Source: Octopus vulgaris (lineage: Eukaryota). From it: a stretch of DNA of 64,000 nucleotides. Shown here piece by piece: positions 26,040-39,668 of this stretch (position 1 is the stretch's first letter; every line of letters starts with the position of its first letter). A program made the position numbers and the translations under genes. A model generated the notes under the pieces. It was not told where the DNA came from and ran no database searches. It was given only the letters and a program-made list of their open reading frames with translations. The stretch is taken from assembly GCA_951406725.2 (NCBI GenBank), contig OX597815.1, forward strand, positions 930,001 to 994,000, written 5' to 3'.

Positions 26040-28085
26040 ATTATCAACATTTAACATCTGTTTTCCATGTGGGCATGGCTGGACAGCTTGAGCTTTGGTG
26101 GACACCTACCTGTACTAAATTCATCACTGTACCCCAGGCCAACTCTTTATCTTACTAACAGCACACCTGTACATGGCCTGTACCACTTTCACAAGCCATT
26201 CATCTACCCCTAGCTTCCTCAGAGACCACAATGTATTACAGAGTGGGGTCCTCTGTCAAAGGCTTTCTCTAGATCAACGCCAAGTACAACAGCTTGTTCT
26301 GAGCTAAATATTTCTCTTGCAGTTGCCTAATTATGGAAATGGTATCCATGGTGCTTCAGCCTGGCACAAAGCCAAACTGCATTTCATCTAGTCTTAATTC
26401 TGTTCCCAATTAATTGCACTATAACTCTCTCTGCAACTTTCATCATTTGGTCCAGTAATTCGATGCCTCTGTCATTACTTTTATCTAAGGTATCTCCCTT
26501 GCCCTTGCAGCAGTTGACTATGTTGTTGCTGCATCAGTCACTGGGGATTCCACCTTCCTGAATAACCTGAATAACTATACAGGTGACTGGATTGTATCCA
26601 ACTCTATCAGATGTCTTGAGCATCTTGGCACAGACTCCTGACAGGCTTCTTTGTCTTCACATCTTTAATTGCCTTCTCTATCATTTTACTATCAACCAGG
26701 ATAGCTGGTCCCTCTGTTGGATTCACATGAGGAAGACTCCCTCCCCCCCCCCCCCCCACCATTCATGTTCCCTATTTCATAGTCTTTCACAGGAGCTCTT
26801 CCATGCCTCTCTCTTTTCAGGATCACTAAGAGCAAGCATACCATCATCTGTCTGTACACACTTCTCTCCCCAACATCTCGACTCTTTCTCTCTGGCAATC
26901 CAGAACCCTGTCAGTCTCTGACCTTCATGCTGTAAGACATTGGCAAACCTCTTCCTTTCTGATTCTCTCCAAACTACATATACCTGACACCTAGTTTCTC
27001 TTTTGGCTATCTGATATGGCTCTTTGCTACTCCTACTCTTCCCAGGCCCATTTCTTTTCTTTTATAGCCCTGTCTACTTCACTGTTCCACCACCATGTCA
27101 CCCTTGGTCTGCTAGAAGCTTTGCTTCAACCACAGATTTGGTCTGTCACCCTCAGTAGATTGTTCATATGTCACCATCTCTACCTCCTTCTCATCAAAGG
27201 CTTCGTCAAGGACATCTTTAAATCTCTGCCTATTTGAAGGATCCTTGAGCTTCTAGAGCCTCCTTTTTCATATCGGTGTCTCAGGATCCTTTGAGCCTGA
27301 AGTCCAAAGTCGCTCACTCCTAATCTATGTTGAGTTGTACACCCTGCACTTGGGAGAAACTTTAAATTCCTGAGCATACACCTGTCCCTGTTTCCAGTGA
27401 GGATGGAGTCAACGTGGCCTGTGTGCCTACCTGATTGATAGTTTTGATCAGGTGGCTTGCAGGTTTCCTGAAGTTGATGTTGTAAACCATTAAGTCATTT
27501 GCATCACAGAACTCCAGCATCCCTAAGGCAGCAAGCTGGCAGAGACGTTAGCACACCAGGTGAAATGCTTAGCGGTATTTCGCCTGCTGCTACGTTCTGA
27601 GTTCAAATTCCACCAAGGTCAACTTTGTCTTTCATCCTTTCGGGGTCGATTAAATAAGTACCAGTTACACACTGGGGTCGATGTAATTGACTTAATCCGT
27701 TTGTCTGTCCTTGTTTGTCCTCTCTGTGTTTAGCCCCTTGTGGGTAGTAAAGAAATAGGTATTTCGTCTGTCTTTACATTCTGAGTTCAAATTCTGCTGA
27801 GGTCGACTTTGCCTTTCATCTTTTCGGGATCGATAAATTAAATACCAGTTGTGTACTGGAGTCGATCTAATTGACTGGCCCCCTCCCCCAAAATTTTGGG
27901 CCTTGTGCCTAGAGTAGAAAAGAACTCCAGTAGTCCTGTTCCCTCCTCACTTCTATAGCCTCCATGCATGCTGTGAAAACCATCGGAGTGTTTTCCAACA
28001 TAGTCATTGAAGTCCTGCCATGATGAAAATGTCCTTGTTTGTCATCTGCAGAAGGGATTCCTAGAAACGATCTTCCTGAATATCT
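26040..28085 (-). mobile_element. Degenerate RTE-clade LINE (APE end to RT start, plus tail remnant) inserted in the Tc1/mariner relic
   Basis: Similarity to 19330-22070 (VDLEKAFD, CKGKGD, WWN motifs; DFN..VG endonuclease motif near 28000). Interrupted by a SINE. Confidence 0.8.
27523..27920 (+). mobile_element. Third SINE family with an internal duplication. Other copies at ~3530-3700, 4230-4330, 48090-48290, 54030-54215(-), 60360-60545
   Basis: taaggcagcaagctggcagag...gttctgagttcaaattcc...ggggtcgat. Flanked by an imperfect TSD agaactccagcatccct / agaactccagtagtcct. Confidence 0.8.
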
Positions 28086-28089
28086 GTGG

Positions 28090-28490
28090 GTCTAATAATT
28101 GTGGCAGCTAATTGAACCTTTTTAATTTGAATATGGCTTCATCACTCCAAACATTTTTTTCATGAGAAAGTGTGCATCTACACATCTTGTCAAGTATATA
28201 TACATACATATATATATACATACATATATATATCAGATCATCTTCATTGAGAGTCTGGACTATTCTTGGAATGTCATTTTTCTAATGATAATTCTTCAAA
28301 GTGTGATGGATGTTTCAATTTGAAATTCCTTTTTTGCAATTCACTTCTCACTCATTTCCTTCAACTCTGGCAACATGTTTCTTGAACCATTTTCTTGCTT
28401 TGTGGGACTTGTCCATGTTTGCAATCTTCCACAATGTTGTGATTTCTTTCGTTAACTAATTAAACCTCTTTGATTTACTAAGATTATCTT
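28090..28490 (-). pseudogene. Tc1/mariner transposase relic, N-terminal/first catalytic part (same element as 25417-26020)
   Basis: WSDEAIFKLKGSISCHNY matches the FSDEAxFxLxGxxNxxNxxxW first-Asp motif. Confidence 0.7.
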
Positions 28491-28869
28491 TCAGCTCACC
28501 GAAAGAGTAGTGCCGTCTGACTGGCTCCCCATGCCAGTGGCACGTAAAAAGCACCATCTGAACAAGGTCCATGCCAGCCCCCTTGTCCCGTCGGGCTCCT
28601 GTGCTGGTGACATGTAAAAAGCACCCACTACACTTTTGGAGCAGTTGGTGTTAGGAAGGGCATCCGGCTGTAGAAACACTGTCAGATCAGATTGGAGCCT
28701 GGTGTGGCCTCCTGGCATGCCAGAGCCCAGTCAACCCGTCCAACCCATGCCAGCATGGAAAGCAGATGTTGAACGATGATGATGACACCCACCCATATAG
28801 TTGCACAGGTGTGTATTTGTTTTCTAGAGATCTTTTGAACCTGAAAAAGTTTATCCCAAATAACTGAAA

Positions 28870-29360
28870 TGTGTTTTCCTATCCTTCATTGCCTCATCTA
28901 TCATGCTGCTGTCGACATGAATAGCTGCTCCTTATGTTGGGTCCACATTAGGAAGAATCCCTTTTTCCTAATCATTGGCTACATCCAGCTGCCTTTCGTA
29001 GTGGCCCTTCCATACTGCTTTCTTTTCGGAATCACCCGAGTGCAAGTGTACCACTGTCCATCCGTAAACACTTCTCTCCTACAACAACTTGTTCCTCTCT
29101 GATACACTGCCTTACAATCTAAAACACCTCGAGTCTCTAGTCTTCACACCATAGATCACTGGCAAACCTCTGCCCTCGCTGTCTAGCTTTTCTTCTGGCC
29201 TCCTCTGCTATATTTCTCTGCCTCTCCCCATTCTTGCAGGCGTCTTTTTGCTTTTATGATATTTCCCATTTCACTGTTCCATCATGTCACCCTCACTTTG
29301 ACTGGAACTTGGCACCAGCCATAGATTTGATCTGTAGTCCTCAATAGGTTGTCCAATGTG
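28870..29360 (-). mobile_element. Old RTE-clade LINE fragment
   Basis: Diverged similarity to 21480-21960 and 26660-27170. Confidence 0.6.
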
Positions 29361-30324
29361 ACAGTTGTGTGTGTATATGATGTCCCAGTTTAACATAATA
29401 ATATACATGTCTCTTCTGAGGTATATTCATCCATTAGAGGTGTGTGGAGATACATATATACACAACTGTGTACATTCATACATACATGCTTAAGCTCTGC
29501 CAAAGACTTAATAATCCTTACATGTAAGGATTATTATTATTAAAGTGAGAGAAATGGAAGAAATGAAAGCAAACCAAAACTTGACAGCAAACCAAATATT
29601 TTATCTTTGAAAATGTTACAAATTGAAATATAAAAATTAAATAATTATTTTTGAAAATTTAACGATAAATTAAGGGAGAATAAATTATTTGTCATTTCTT
29701 AAATATTTTCAGAGTTGAGCATTTATTATTAGTATTTTAGTTTGGTTCGCCCTGACTTCACTCACGGACGAGATGGTCTTGGGAAATTTGGGACATTTGC
29801 ATATTGCTGGATGTTTTCTTCCTCAATGGGGAACCTGTTTGTCAGCCAGGCAGAACTGAGCAAATAAATATTTGTACTTCAACCTGTTGATGGCCAGGTA
29901 AACAAAGGGAAGCAGAGGCATGTATCTTGTCCCAGGGATATAACACGCTGATTGTAGTTGTTGAAGTTTGAACTCGTAACAATTTGGCAGTACAACATCT
30001 TTAAACCCCAAAGACATGATTCAGTAAAATGGTTAAAACAAAAACAAGGGAATATCGGATAAATTTGGTTTTGCTAAGACAAAACCAATAACAACAGCTT
30101 ACACACAATTTTGCTTCAATCACAAAAAAATGTCATAAAACGTTCGTGGAAAAAATGTTAAAATTTCACTGAAAGAATCAACAAATATTGATTTAAAAAA
30201 AAAAATTAATCTTTGTTGGTTTGTTTGAAAGAAAAGATGATTTCTTGAAAATGAATCAAAAGTTTTTCCTCTTCCTCAAGTTAAATGGAAGTCGTGATTG
30301 GTTTGTGTTGAATTCCAGTTATTT

Positions 30325-30579
30325 TCATGATGTTCCGGCCGAAATTGATGGCGTTTGTCTATGTCGAAGTTGTGGACTGAAAGATTCTTGGAATGTGGAA
30401 GGTCTGGTGATGTATGCTGTGTCTCCAAGAGGCATTGTGTCTGCCGAAGTAGAAACGGAAGAATGTGGAGGTTGGTGAGGAGTCTGGTTTGATGTTGGTG
30501 GTAATGACTGCGAACGAACTGGATTCTCTGGCTTTGACGTATGAAGAACATTATTATGAGGTTGGTGAGAGTCAAGTTT
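30325..30579 (-). CDS. ANO8: Probable terminal exon of the anoctamin-8-like gene (low-complexity C-terminal tail)
   Basis: gaattttAG|AAA CTT GAC..., phase 0, KLDSHQPHNNVLHTSKPENPVRSQSLPP...TPSISAGTS*, TGA at 30325-30327. A candidate AATAAA lies on the - strand near 29722. Confidence 0.7.
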   Translation of the reverse strand, partial: KLDSHQPHNNVLHTSKPENPVRSQSLPPTSNQTPHQPPHSSVSTSADTMPLGDTAYITRPSTFQESFSPQLRHRQTPSISAGTS

Positions 30580-32299
30580 CTAAAATTCAGAAAAGACAGA
30601 ATTTAATTATTTTGATAACTAATTCTATTAATTATAAAATACCACGTCATGTGACTTAAATTTGTGATTCACATTGCTTTTAATTAATCAAGCATTATCT
30701 CATAGTTTTGAGATTTCAATGATGTGATTGTTTATTATTAGAATGACATTGTAGGGTAGGTGTAAGAGGATGGATCTGGCTAGTTTGAACAGATAGAATA
30801 TTTTGGCCAAATATGGCCAGTTTGAATGCTAAAGGGTCAATGTTTGTTGTCTTTACAGGGATTCTGAGGTGAGATTAATGTAATTCCAGTGTGACCATTT
30901 CTAAAAAGACATGGTGATAACAGCGGTGGGATGATGTTGAGGGGGAGAAAGGACTGGATCTAGTGTGGTGCCTGAGGATAAAGAAAACACTATGGTTAGA
31001 GAGGGAGAAACAGCCATGTGATGTAGGGTTGGGGTAGTTGATTAGCAGCTAATTAGAGAGGGGTGGGGGTTGGGGTAGATTCTCCTTGGGTTTTGGAAGC
31101 TGAGTGGCTTGAACTGCTGACTCGTTGAATTAACCTTTAAGTGGCTGAATATTCCATAGGCATGTGTCTTTAATGTCTCAATATGCACGACACTGAATGT
31201 GACAAGCTGCTGCCCCTTTTGAATTGGAATGTATCGAAAACTGGGCTTCTCCACAGTTTTCATCAACTTCATTTCACTCACAAGGCTTGGGTCAACCTGA
31301 GCCAAAGTCAAAAGACCGAGGGTCAATGATACACCACCACCAGTCTGAACTCAGGATTGGGGAGTGAACATCTTCACCACTGCATCCACAAGTGGTCAAT
31401 GTGGTGGGGAGGGGGGTGAAAGACAAAACATCAAACGACATGATAGCTTCACTGTGTGTAGGGGGGGAGGTGTTAAACTGTCACGTGAGATGTTTACTGC
31501 TGGTGACTGAAAATGTATTTCTAGGGCAACACTTGTGGACATCAGCAGAGAATTTATTTACTGCACATGGTGTTTTCTAGCCGATGCCAGTGCCACCTGA
31601 CTAGCTCTCATGCTGGTGGCATGCAATAAGCACCATTCATGCATGGTGCTGTCAGACCGGCTCCCCATGCCAGTGGCACGTAAAAAGCACCATCCAAATG
31701 TGGTTGATGCCAGTGCCACCTGACTGGCTCTCCCGTGCCAGTGGCATGTAAAAAAGCACCCATTACCCTCTCAGAGTGGTTGGTGTTAGGAAGGGCATCC
31801 AGTTGTAGAAACATTGCCAGATCAGATTGGAGCCTGGTGCAGCCTCATGGCTTGCCAATCCCCAGTCAAACTTTCCAGCCCATGCCGGCATGGAAAACGG
31901 ACATTAAACGATGATGTGACACTTACACATAGAGACATACTACTGGGATCTACGACAATTTAACTGATATAGCAATCTGTGGTTGGCCCATCACAACTGG
32001 GAAATAATCACGCTATATTCATGGCAACAAAATCTGTGTCTTCTGTCTGCCAATGGCTGGTGGTGGATGAGAATGGAGACATTGAGTGGCTGTCTCAACA
32101 TTTCTGGGATTACCACCAAAACCCACCTTTATACAGGGTTTAATGAGAAAGTTCTAGAAAGTCAAATCACATGATGGCTTGATACTGATTGGTTGCTTAA
32201 TCAGCTGATCATGTGAAATGACACAGACACACGAGAGAGATGGGGGGAGGTGAGGAATGCTAATTAAAACCAATTAGTTTTCATAAATAATTACATTAC

Positions 32300-32410
32300 C
32301 TTGAAAGCTTCTCGTCGTAGAAAATCAAGACGTGACATTTCTGTAGCGACCCATTGAGGAATGTCAGGTATGGCATAAGCAATCCACATCTTTACTCCAA
32401 GAATGATGTG
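32300..32410 (-). CDS. ANO8: Anoctamin-8-like exon (last TM segment, IPDxP motif)
   Basis: ttacAG|, HIILGVKMWIAYAIPDIPQWVATEMSRLDFLRREAFK, |GTAATG. Confidence 0.93.
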
Positions 32411-32736
32411 CTGTAAAGCGGAATAAAAATAGAAATTACGAGCAGTCCCAGGGTAGAAATTACTCCAAGAATTTACCAAATAATAGGATTACAAATTGAA
32501 AAAACCACATAATTTCCCCTCCAATTTTTTTTAAAGTGGTTGGCACTTGGAAGGGCATCCAGCTGTAAACACCACGTAAAAAGTTGGTGTTAGAAAGGCA
32601 TTCAACCATAATATTCCTGCCAAAACAGGCACATTAGCCTTGGGTAGTTTTTCTACATGACTGGCTTCTGTCAACCACACTACCTATGCCAACATGGAAG
32701 ATGGACATTAAAAGATGATGATGAGATATATATATA

Positions 32737-33735
32737 TATCATTTAATGTCCGCTTTCCATGCTGGCATGGGTTGGACGGTTTGACTGAGGACTGGTAAGC
32801 TAGGAGGCTGCACCAGGTTCCAAATCTGGCAAGGTTTCTACAGCTTGATGCCCTTCCTAATGCCAACCACTCCAAAAGTGTAGTGTGTGTTCTTTACATG
32901 CCACTGGTATGGGTGCCATTGACCTGGCATTGGCCACAAGCACAGTATATCACCAAGGGTCTTGGTCACCTGTCACTGCCTCCATGAGGCCTAATGCTTG
33001 AATGGTGCTTTTTACATGACACCAGCACGGGTGCCAGTTGGATGGCATTGGCATTGGTCAGGACTACAATTCCACTCTGTTCAACAAGTCTTCAGAAGCA
33101 CAGCAGATCACCCAACGATTGAAGGGAGCTTTTAACCGGCCAGTTATGCAACACTGGCATCAGCCATGGATAGGATCTCACCTGGCTTGCTGGGCATATC
33201 ACCAAGGGTCTGGGTTGCTTGTCATTGCCTCTGTTTGGCCCAACATTCAAAGATTGTGCTTCACCACCTCATCCCATGTCTTCCTGGGTCTATGTCTTCT
33301 ACAGGTTCCTGCCACCATTCAAGTGTAACCCTTCTTCATACAGCTGTCCTCATGTATACGCATTACATCACCACCATACCAGTGCAGCCGTCTCTCTTGT
33401 ACACCATGCGGTGCAGCGGTAGCAAAGGAAGGTTAATGGAGAATATAGTCTTTGTGTGTGGCACATGTGCAGACAAGAGACTCTCTCAACTGCTCAGGTG
33501 GCTTATTAGAAGCAGTAGACAGCTTCTGTTTCCTAGGGGACCAAGTTGGCAATGGCGAGGAATTCTGAAAGTGTAATTGCTGGGCAAAGTTCAGTGAGCT
33601 TCTGCCTCTGTTGGTAACTAAGGGCTTCTCTCCTCCAGAGTGAATGACAGATTGTATGATGCCTGTCTACGTACAGCTATGTTGCATGGCAGTAAAACAT
33701 GGGCTTTGGCTACAGAGGACTTGTGAAGGCTTTAA
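32737..33735 (-). mobile_element. RTE LINE 3' copy with an inverted 5' segment
   Basis: 32737-33408 is the tail and ORF end on the - strand; 33409-33735 is the adjacent upstream coding part on the + strand (WAKFSELLPLLVTKG...RLYDACLRTAMLHGS). Confidence 0.75.
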
Positions 33736-34191
33736 ACACACACGTCTTTAAATAGATGACTGTTTTCAAGTTTCGTCCTTTTTATTTTAGAATGGTGATG
33801 TTTGAGGCTTCATAACATACATACATATATATACATATATATATATACATACATATATATATATATACATACATACATATATACATACATATATATATAC
33901 ATACATACATATATATATATATATACATACATACATATATATACATACATACATATACATACATACATTCAACCAATATATAAGAAACAACACAGATGCC
34001 AAATCTATTCAGTTCTTGAAAATGCAACTGGAAAGATGTGGAAATGTTGACTGAATTTAGGTATTAATAAAGAAATATGAAAAATTGGAACAGAAATATT
34101 AAATAAAAATAAAGTTGGACAGACGTGTTTAATGGAACCTGTATTGAAGAAAACCTTCTCTTCATAATTGGAAAATGTTTGCTTTACGAAC

Positions 34192-34323
34192 CTCAAGAAC
34201 AATTATCAGAAAAAGATATGATGTACTGTCCAGCCCAGGAACAATCCGTGTCATGTGACCAAACACACCAATCAGAGCACAGTTAACTATCACAGCCAGA
34301 ATGCCCATTAACATCAATGCGTC
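34192..34323 (-). CDS. ANO8: Anoctamin-8-like exon
   Basis: atttcAG|, DALMLMGILAVIVNCALIGVFGHMTRIVPGLDSTSYLFLIIVLE, |GTTCGT. 132 nt, phase 0/0. Found by manual translation; not in the ORF track. Confidence 0.9.
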
Positions 34324-34744
34324 CTGAAATTAGAAAATTTCCTCTGTTAGTAATAAACATTTTACACACACACACACAGACATGCACTTTATATATACAC
34401 GTTGAAGAGAAGATTGGAGCTGTGTATATTTTGTGAAGGGAAAAACCAAACCAATATTTGATGGGATGAGGCTCAGAAGCACGAAGTGTTGCAGATTGTA
34501 GCAGAGAAAATCATGAAGCTGTGGGTGAGAAGGGTGTGAAGGGTGATTCTGAAAACAAAGAAACTCTGAGGTGTCTCTATGGAAGGTCATATGTGGAGGT
34601 TGCGTAGGAGAAAACCATTCTTCCCAGTGTGAATCCTAATGTGGAGGGATCTGCCTATGGCTCTGATAATAGAGAAAATGCTAAAAGTGGCAGCCAAATA
34701 ACTCAAATTCTAAGAGGTATCCCCCAGTGAACTGTCTGTGTGAA

Positions 34745-35142
34745 TATATGTATGTATATATATATGTATATATGTATGTGTATATACATATATATACGTA
34801 TATATACATATATATATACGTACACATATATATATACACACATATATATATATATATATATACACATATATATATACACACATATATATATATACATACA
34901 CATATATATACATATATACGTACACATATGTACACACACATATATATATACATATATATATATACATACATATATATATACATATATACGTACACATATG
35001 TACACACACACATATATATATACATATATATATATACATACATATATATATACATATATACATATACATACATATATATATACATATATACATACATATA
35101 TACATATATATATACATATATACATACATATATACATATATA

Positions 35143-35174
<32 letters not shown>

Positions 35175-35372
35175 CATACATATATACATATATATATATA
35201 CATACATACATATATATATATATACATACATATATATATATATACATACATATATATATATATACATACATATATATATATATACATACATATATATATA
35301 TATACATACATATATATATATATATACATACATATATATATATACATACATATATATATATATATACATACA

Positions 35373-35414
<42 letters not shown>

Positions 35415-35486
35415 CATACATATATATATATATATACATACATATATATATATATATACATACATATATATATATATACATACATA

Positions 35487-35542
<56 letters not shown>

Positions 35543-35553
35543 CATACATATAT
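34745..35553. repeat. (TA)n/(TACA)n compound microsatellite
   Basis: Read directly from the sequence. A smaller tract lies at 33814-33967. Confidence 0.97.
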
Positions 35554-38500
35554 ACTTTGATACTTTGATACTTTGATAGGTTTCGGCCATTATTGGCCCA
35601 GGCCATGTCTAACTTAATAGCACCACCTGGTGAAGTCTTTCAAGTCAGAATTTGGGCACTATGGCCCACTCAAGTAGAGAGTTATTGTTTACAGAGACAT
35701 ATCCGGGTGTAGGGGGTTTATCCGGGATTTCTTGAAGGAATCTGTCCAAAGACTTCTTGAACCCTATAGGGTCAGTTTCTGTTTTAATGTGTTTTGGTGT
35801 AATGTTAAAGAGAGCGGGGCCAATTGAGGTGAAATAATTGTGCCGTATTGTTGTTATGAGATGAGAGTGCGATTTTTGTTTTGGGCGGATGGCACGGGGC
35901 CCAAGCCTTGGATGTACCTTAAAGGTGATGCCAACATCATTTGGGCAATGCTGATGGAATATTTTCCACATCATGCAGATGATGTAGCGCTCACGACGAC
36001 GTTGGAGAGAATAGAGTTTTAGCTTTTCTAGCCGACCCCAATAGTCGAGGCCTGTCATGCCATCTATCTTTTTTGTGATTGCCCTTTGAGGTGCTTCAAC
36101 TTTTATGATACCTTGTATTGTGTGGGGAGACCACAGTGGACAAAGTATTCAAGGTGGGGTCGGGCAAAAGTGGAGAAGAGAAGGATAATGGTGTGGATAT
36201 CTCTCGACTGGAAAGTTCTGAGAATCCAGGAACACATTCTGTGGGCCATGTCAACTTTGGTGTTTATATGAGTGGCCCAGCTTACGTTGTTGTCCACAAT
36301 TACTCCCAAGTCTCTGATGTTGTTGGACGCCGCGAGAGTTTCACCTGAAGGAAGGGAGTATGGGAGTTTCAGGGCATCCTCTTTACCAAAGTGGATTAGC
36401 TCAAATTTATCCTCGTTCAGCAGCATATTGTTTTTTTCTGCCCATTGGATAACAGCCAGTAGATCTGACTGAAGGCATGTCCGGTCACTCGCCTCATTTA
36501 TGACCTTCTGTAGCTTGGAGTCATCTGCAAAGATTTTTATGTTGCTGTGCTTGATGATGTCATTAATGTCATTAATGTAAATGATGAAAAGAAGTGGGCC
36601 CAGCACAGTGCCTTGCGGAACGCCACTACTGACTTTGGCTGGGCTTGATTTTACCCCTTCAACTACAACATGTTGAGATCTGTCTGTCAGGAAACACTTA
36701 ATCCATTTCAGTAACTTTCCAGAGACACCAATGTTGGATAGTTTTTACAATAGGATCTTGTGATCGACCCTGTCGAAGGCCTTACTGAAATCAAGGTAGA
36801 TGACATCGGTGTTGGAGCCCTCTCCCAAAGCTCTCAAAATGTCCTCAAAGTGATGCAGGAGCTGCGTTAGGCAGTCCCTTCCATTACGGAACCCATGTTG
36901 GTTGGAGATCAGCCGTCTGTTGCTTTCCAGGAATTGGGTTATTCGAGATCTCACCACCCTCTCAAATACCTTGATGATATGAGAGGTGAGTGAGATCGGA
37001 CGGTAATTCACTGCAAGGGACTTGTTTCCCTTTTTGAAAACTGGGACAACAGACTGGGACAGAAGGTTTTTGGAATATAGCCAGCATCCAGTGAGTTTCT
37101 CCACAGATTAGCAAGGGGAGATGCAAGTTGGTGTCGACACACCTTCAGGACACAAGCAGGGAACCTATCGGGGCCTACTGCTGAATTGTGTTTTATTTCG
37201 TTTATCGCCGCTAAGACATCAGGGGCACTAAACGTTATGTCCGATATAGTGTGTTGGGGGTTGACATCACTGATACAGCCCAGATCGGCCATATCAGGAT
37301 TGCTGAAAACAGAGCAGTATTGTTTCTGCAGTATCTCGGCCATGGATTTGGCATTATCTTGGAGAGTGCCAGTTTCGTCAATTAGAGGGCCTACAGTGGA
37401 GACAGTGACCCTGCGTTTCCTCGCAAATGAAAAGAACACTTTGGGGTTGAGTTTGATTTTTTCAATGGCCCACTTCTCCTCAGCTGATCTTTGGTTATTG
37501 ATGAGGGTCTTCATGCATTGTTGGAGGTTATATTTTTTGGATTCAAGCAGTGCGATAGCCGTCGAATGTGTGTGTTGCTGTTGGCAGTACTTTAGTTTGT
37601 TAATTTTTTTGTTTGTTCTTTTTATTTTTCTGATAATGGTTTTTCTGTTTTGGGGGATTCTGCACTTTTTGTTCACAGGTCTTGGTGGGGAGTGTTTTGC
37701 ACATATGTCTGTGACGGTGTCTACAAAGATCTGCCAAGATGTTTTATGGTTGGTGGAGATGTGTGTATGTGTAAAGGACCAGTCAACATGTGATAGCTCG
37801 TTTCTGATTGCATCCCAGTTGGCTTTATGGAGATCCATGTTGTCAAATGGGTGGGCTGGAGGAAGGTCACTAGGATTAGCTTTCGGCTGGTGGAATTTCA
37901 TGTTACAGAGAACCATGTCATGGTCTGAAAGAAGGGTTTTTTCCACTGTAACGTTATGTATAGTGTTAGTGTGGTTACTAAACACTAGGTCCAAAATGTT
38001 CTGATGTCTTGTTGGTGCAAGGACAAGTTGGGACAAGAAAAACTCATTCGTAAAGTCGAAAAGTGACTCTGCTGCTTCTTTGTCAGCGGTTGAGGCGGGA
38101 GTGCTTGGTTTCAAACAGTTTGTAGTCCAGTCAACACAGGGTAGATTGAAGTCTCCCATCATGAGTATGTTGCTAGAATGGCACTGTTGAATAAAGCACT
38201 TAATGCTGTTGAGGCATTCTTTAAAGCACAGTATGGGTGTTTGGGGCGGCCTATAGAGCCCAATTACTGTCAGGTCATTGGCTTTGTTGTGCACGGTGAC
38301 TGATTCACAGTAGCCATTGGAGAATATACTATTTCCATCTGCCGTAAATGAATCATGCAGGAAAATGGCAGTTCCACCCTTCCTCCTGCCGATACGATCC
38401 GCGCGGATGGTTGTGAAATTCTTCACTCTCACTTCGGCTTCCAAGTGGGAGTTGTCAAGGTGGGTCTCAGTGAGAATGAAGAAAGGGATGTGGTGTGAAT

Positions 38501-39636
38501 GGTTACCAACCCAGTCTTCAATGAATTGGACCTTCCATTTTTGTGTATTGATGGAAGGGCTGACACCTTGTGCATTGAGTAGGAATGTGGAGGTTAGTGT
38601 AGTGGCTGGTTTTGACTGTTGCAGGGGGCTTGGATTTTTTGTGTGTGTTAGTGGCAGCAATGTGGGGAATTGATGCACTGGGTTAATAGCATAGGATGGT
38701 GTTGAGTGATGGCTAGAATGTTTTTGTGTATCTCTTTTGCCATGTTCAACATGGCTAAAAGAATTTTCCTGCTTAGGGAGCAGTTTTTGGCTGGAGGTGT
38801 GGTTGCACTGTTGGATAGGGTTGTAGTTTCCACTTTTGTTGTTGTTGTTTTTGTGTCTTCCTGAAAAGACTGGACCAGCATTACTGCAGCATGGTGTGTT
38901 TCTATTTTTATTGTTATTCAGGTTTGTGTGTTGGCTTGAGGCCCCGTTTCTGTTTGTGCGTCGGGTCCCTGGAAGATGAGTGAAGGGACAGTCACTCAGT
39001 AGACATGTTCTCTCACGTTGGGAATACCGGCAGATTTTGGGACTCCGAGTTGTGTGTGTTTTGAATTTCGATTTACTATTTGGTGGTGTTGATGTTATTG
39101 TGGGATGCGTGCTTTGGCCTTGGCTGGTAGTGCGTCTAGTGCCGGGTAGATGCGTGAAGATGCAGTCACTATTTGTGCAGAGTCTCTGGCGCAGTGAATA
39201 GCGGCATATTTGGGGATTTCTTGTTTGTGCCGTGGGGGGCGCATTCTGCTTCCTATGTTTCTTTAAGTTTTTGTTACTGCAGTAGTATTGAGGTGGTGAT
39301 GTGGGGGAAGAGGGCAGTGGTTTCTTATTTGGTTTTCTGTTGGTATTTTTGGTGATAGAAGACGATGGTGGCAGCGGTGGTGATGATGATGATGATAATT
39401 GTGGTGGTTGCTGTGAGAGCAGTGAAAAGATACTGGCATTTAGTGAATCATCTAGTAAGCTAGAGTTGAGGAGTGGCTGTTGTTGTTCTTGTTGCTGTGG
39501 CTGTTGTTGTTGTTGTTGTGCCTGACCAATGTCAGGGATATATATACATACATACATACATATATATATATATACATACATACATATATATACATATATA
39601 CATATACATACATACATATATATATATACATACATA

Positions 39637-39668
<32 letters not shown>

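Noticed and set aside
37186-38673. + strand ORFs of 272 and 118 aa
   Set aside because: Antisense shadows of the LINE ORF with no independent motifs.
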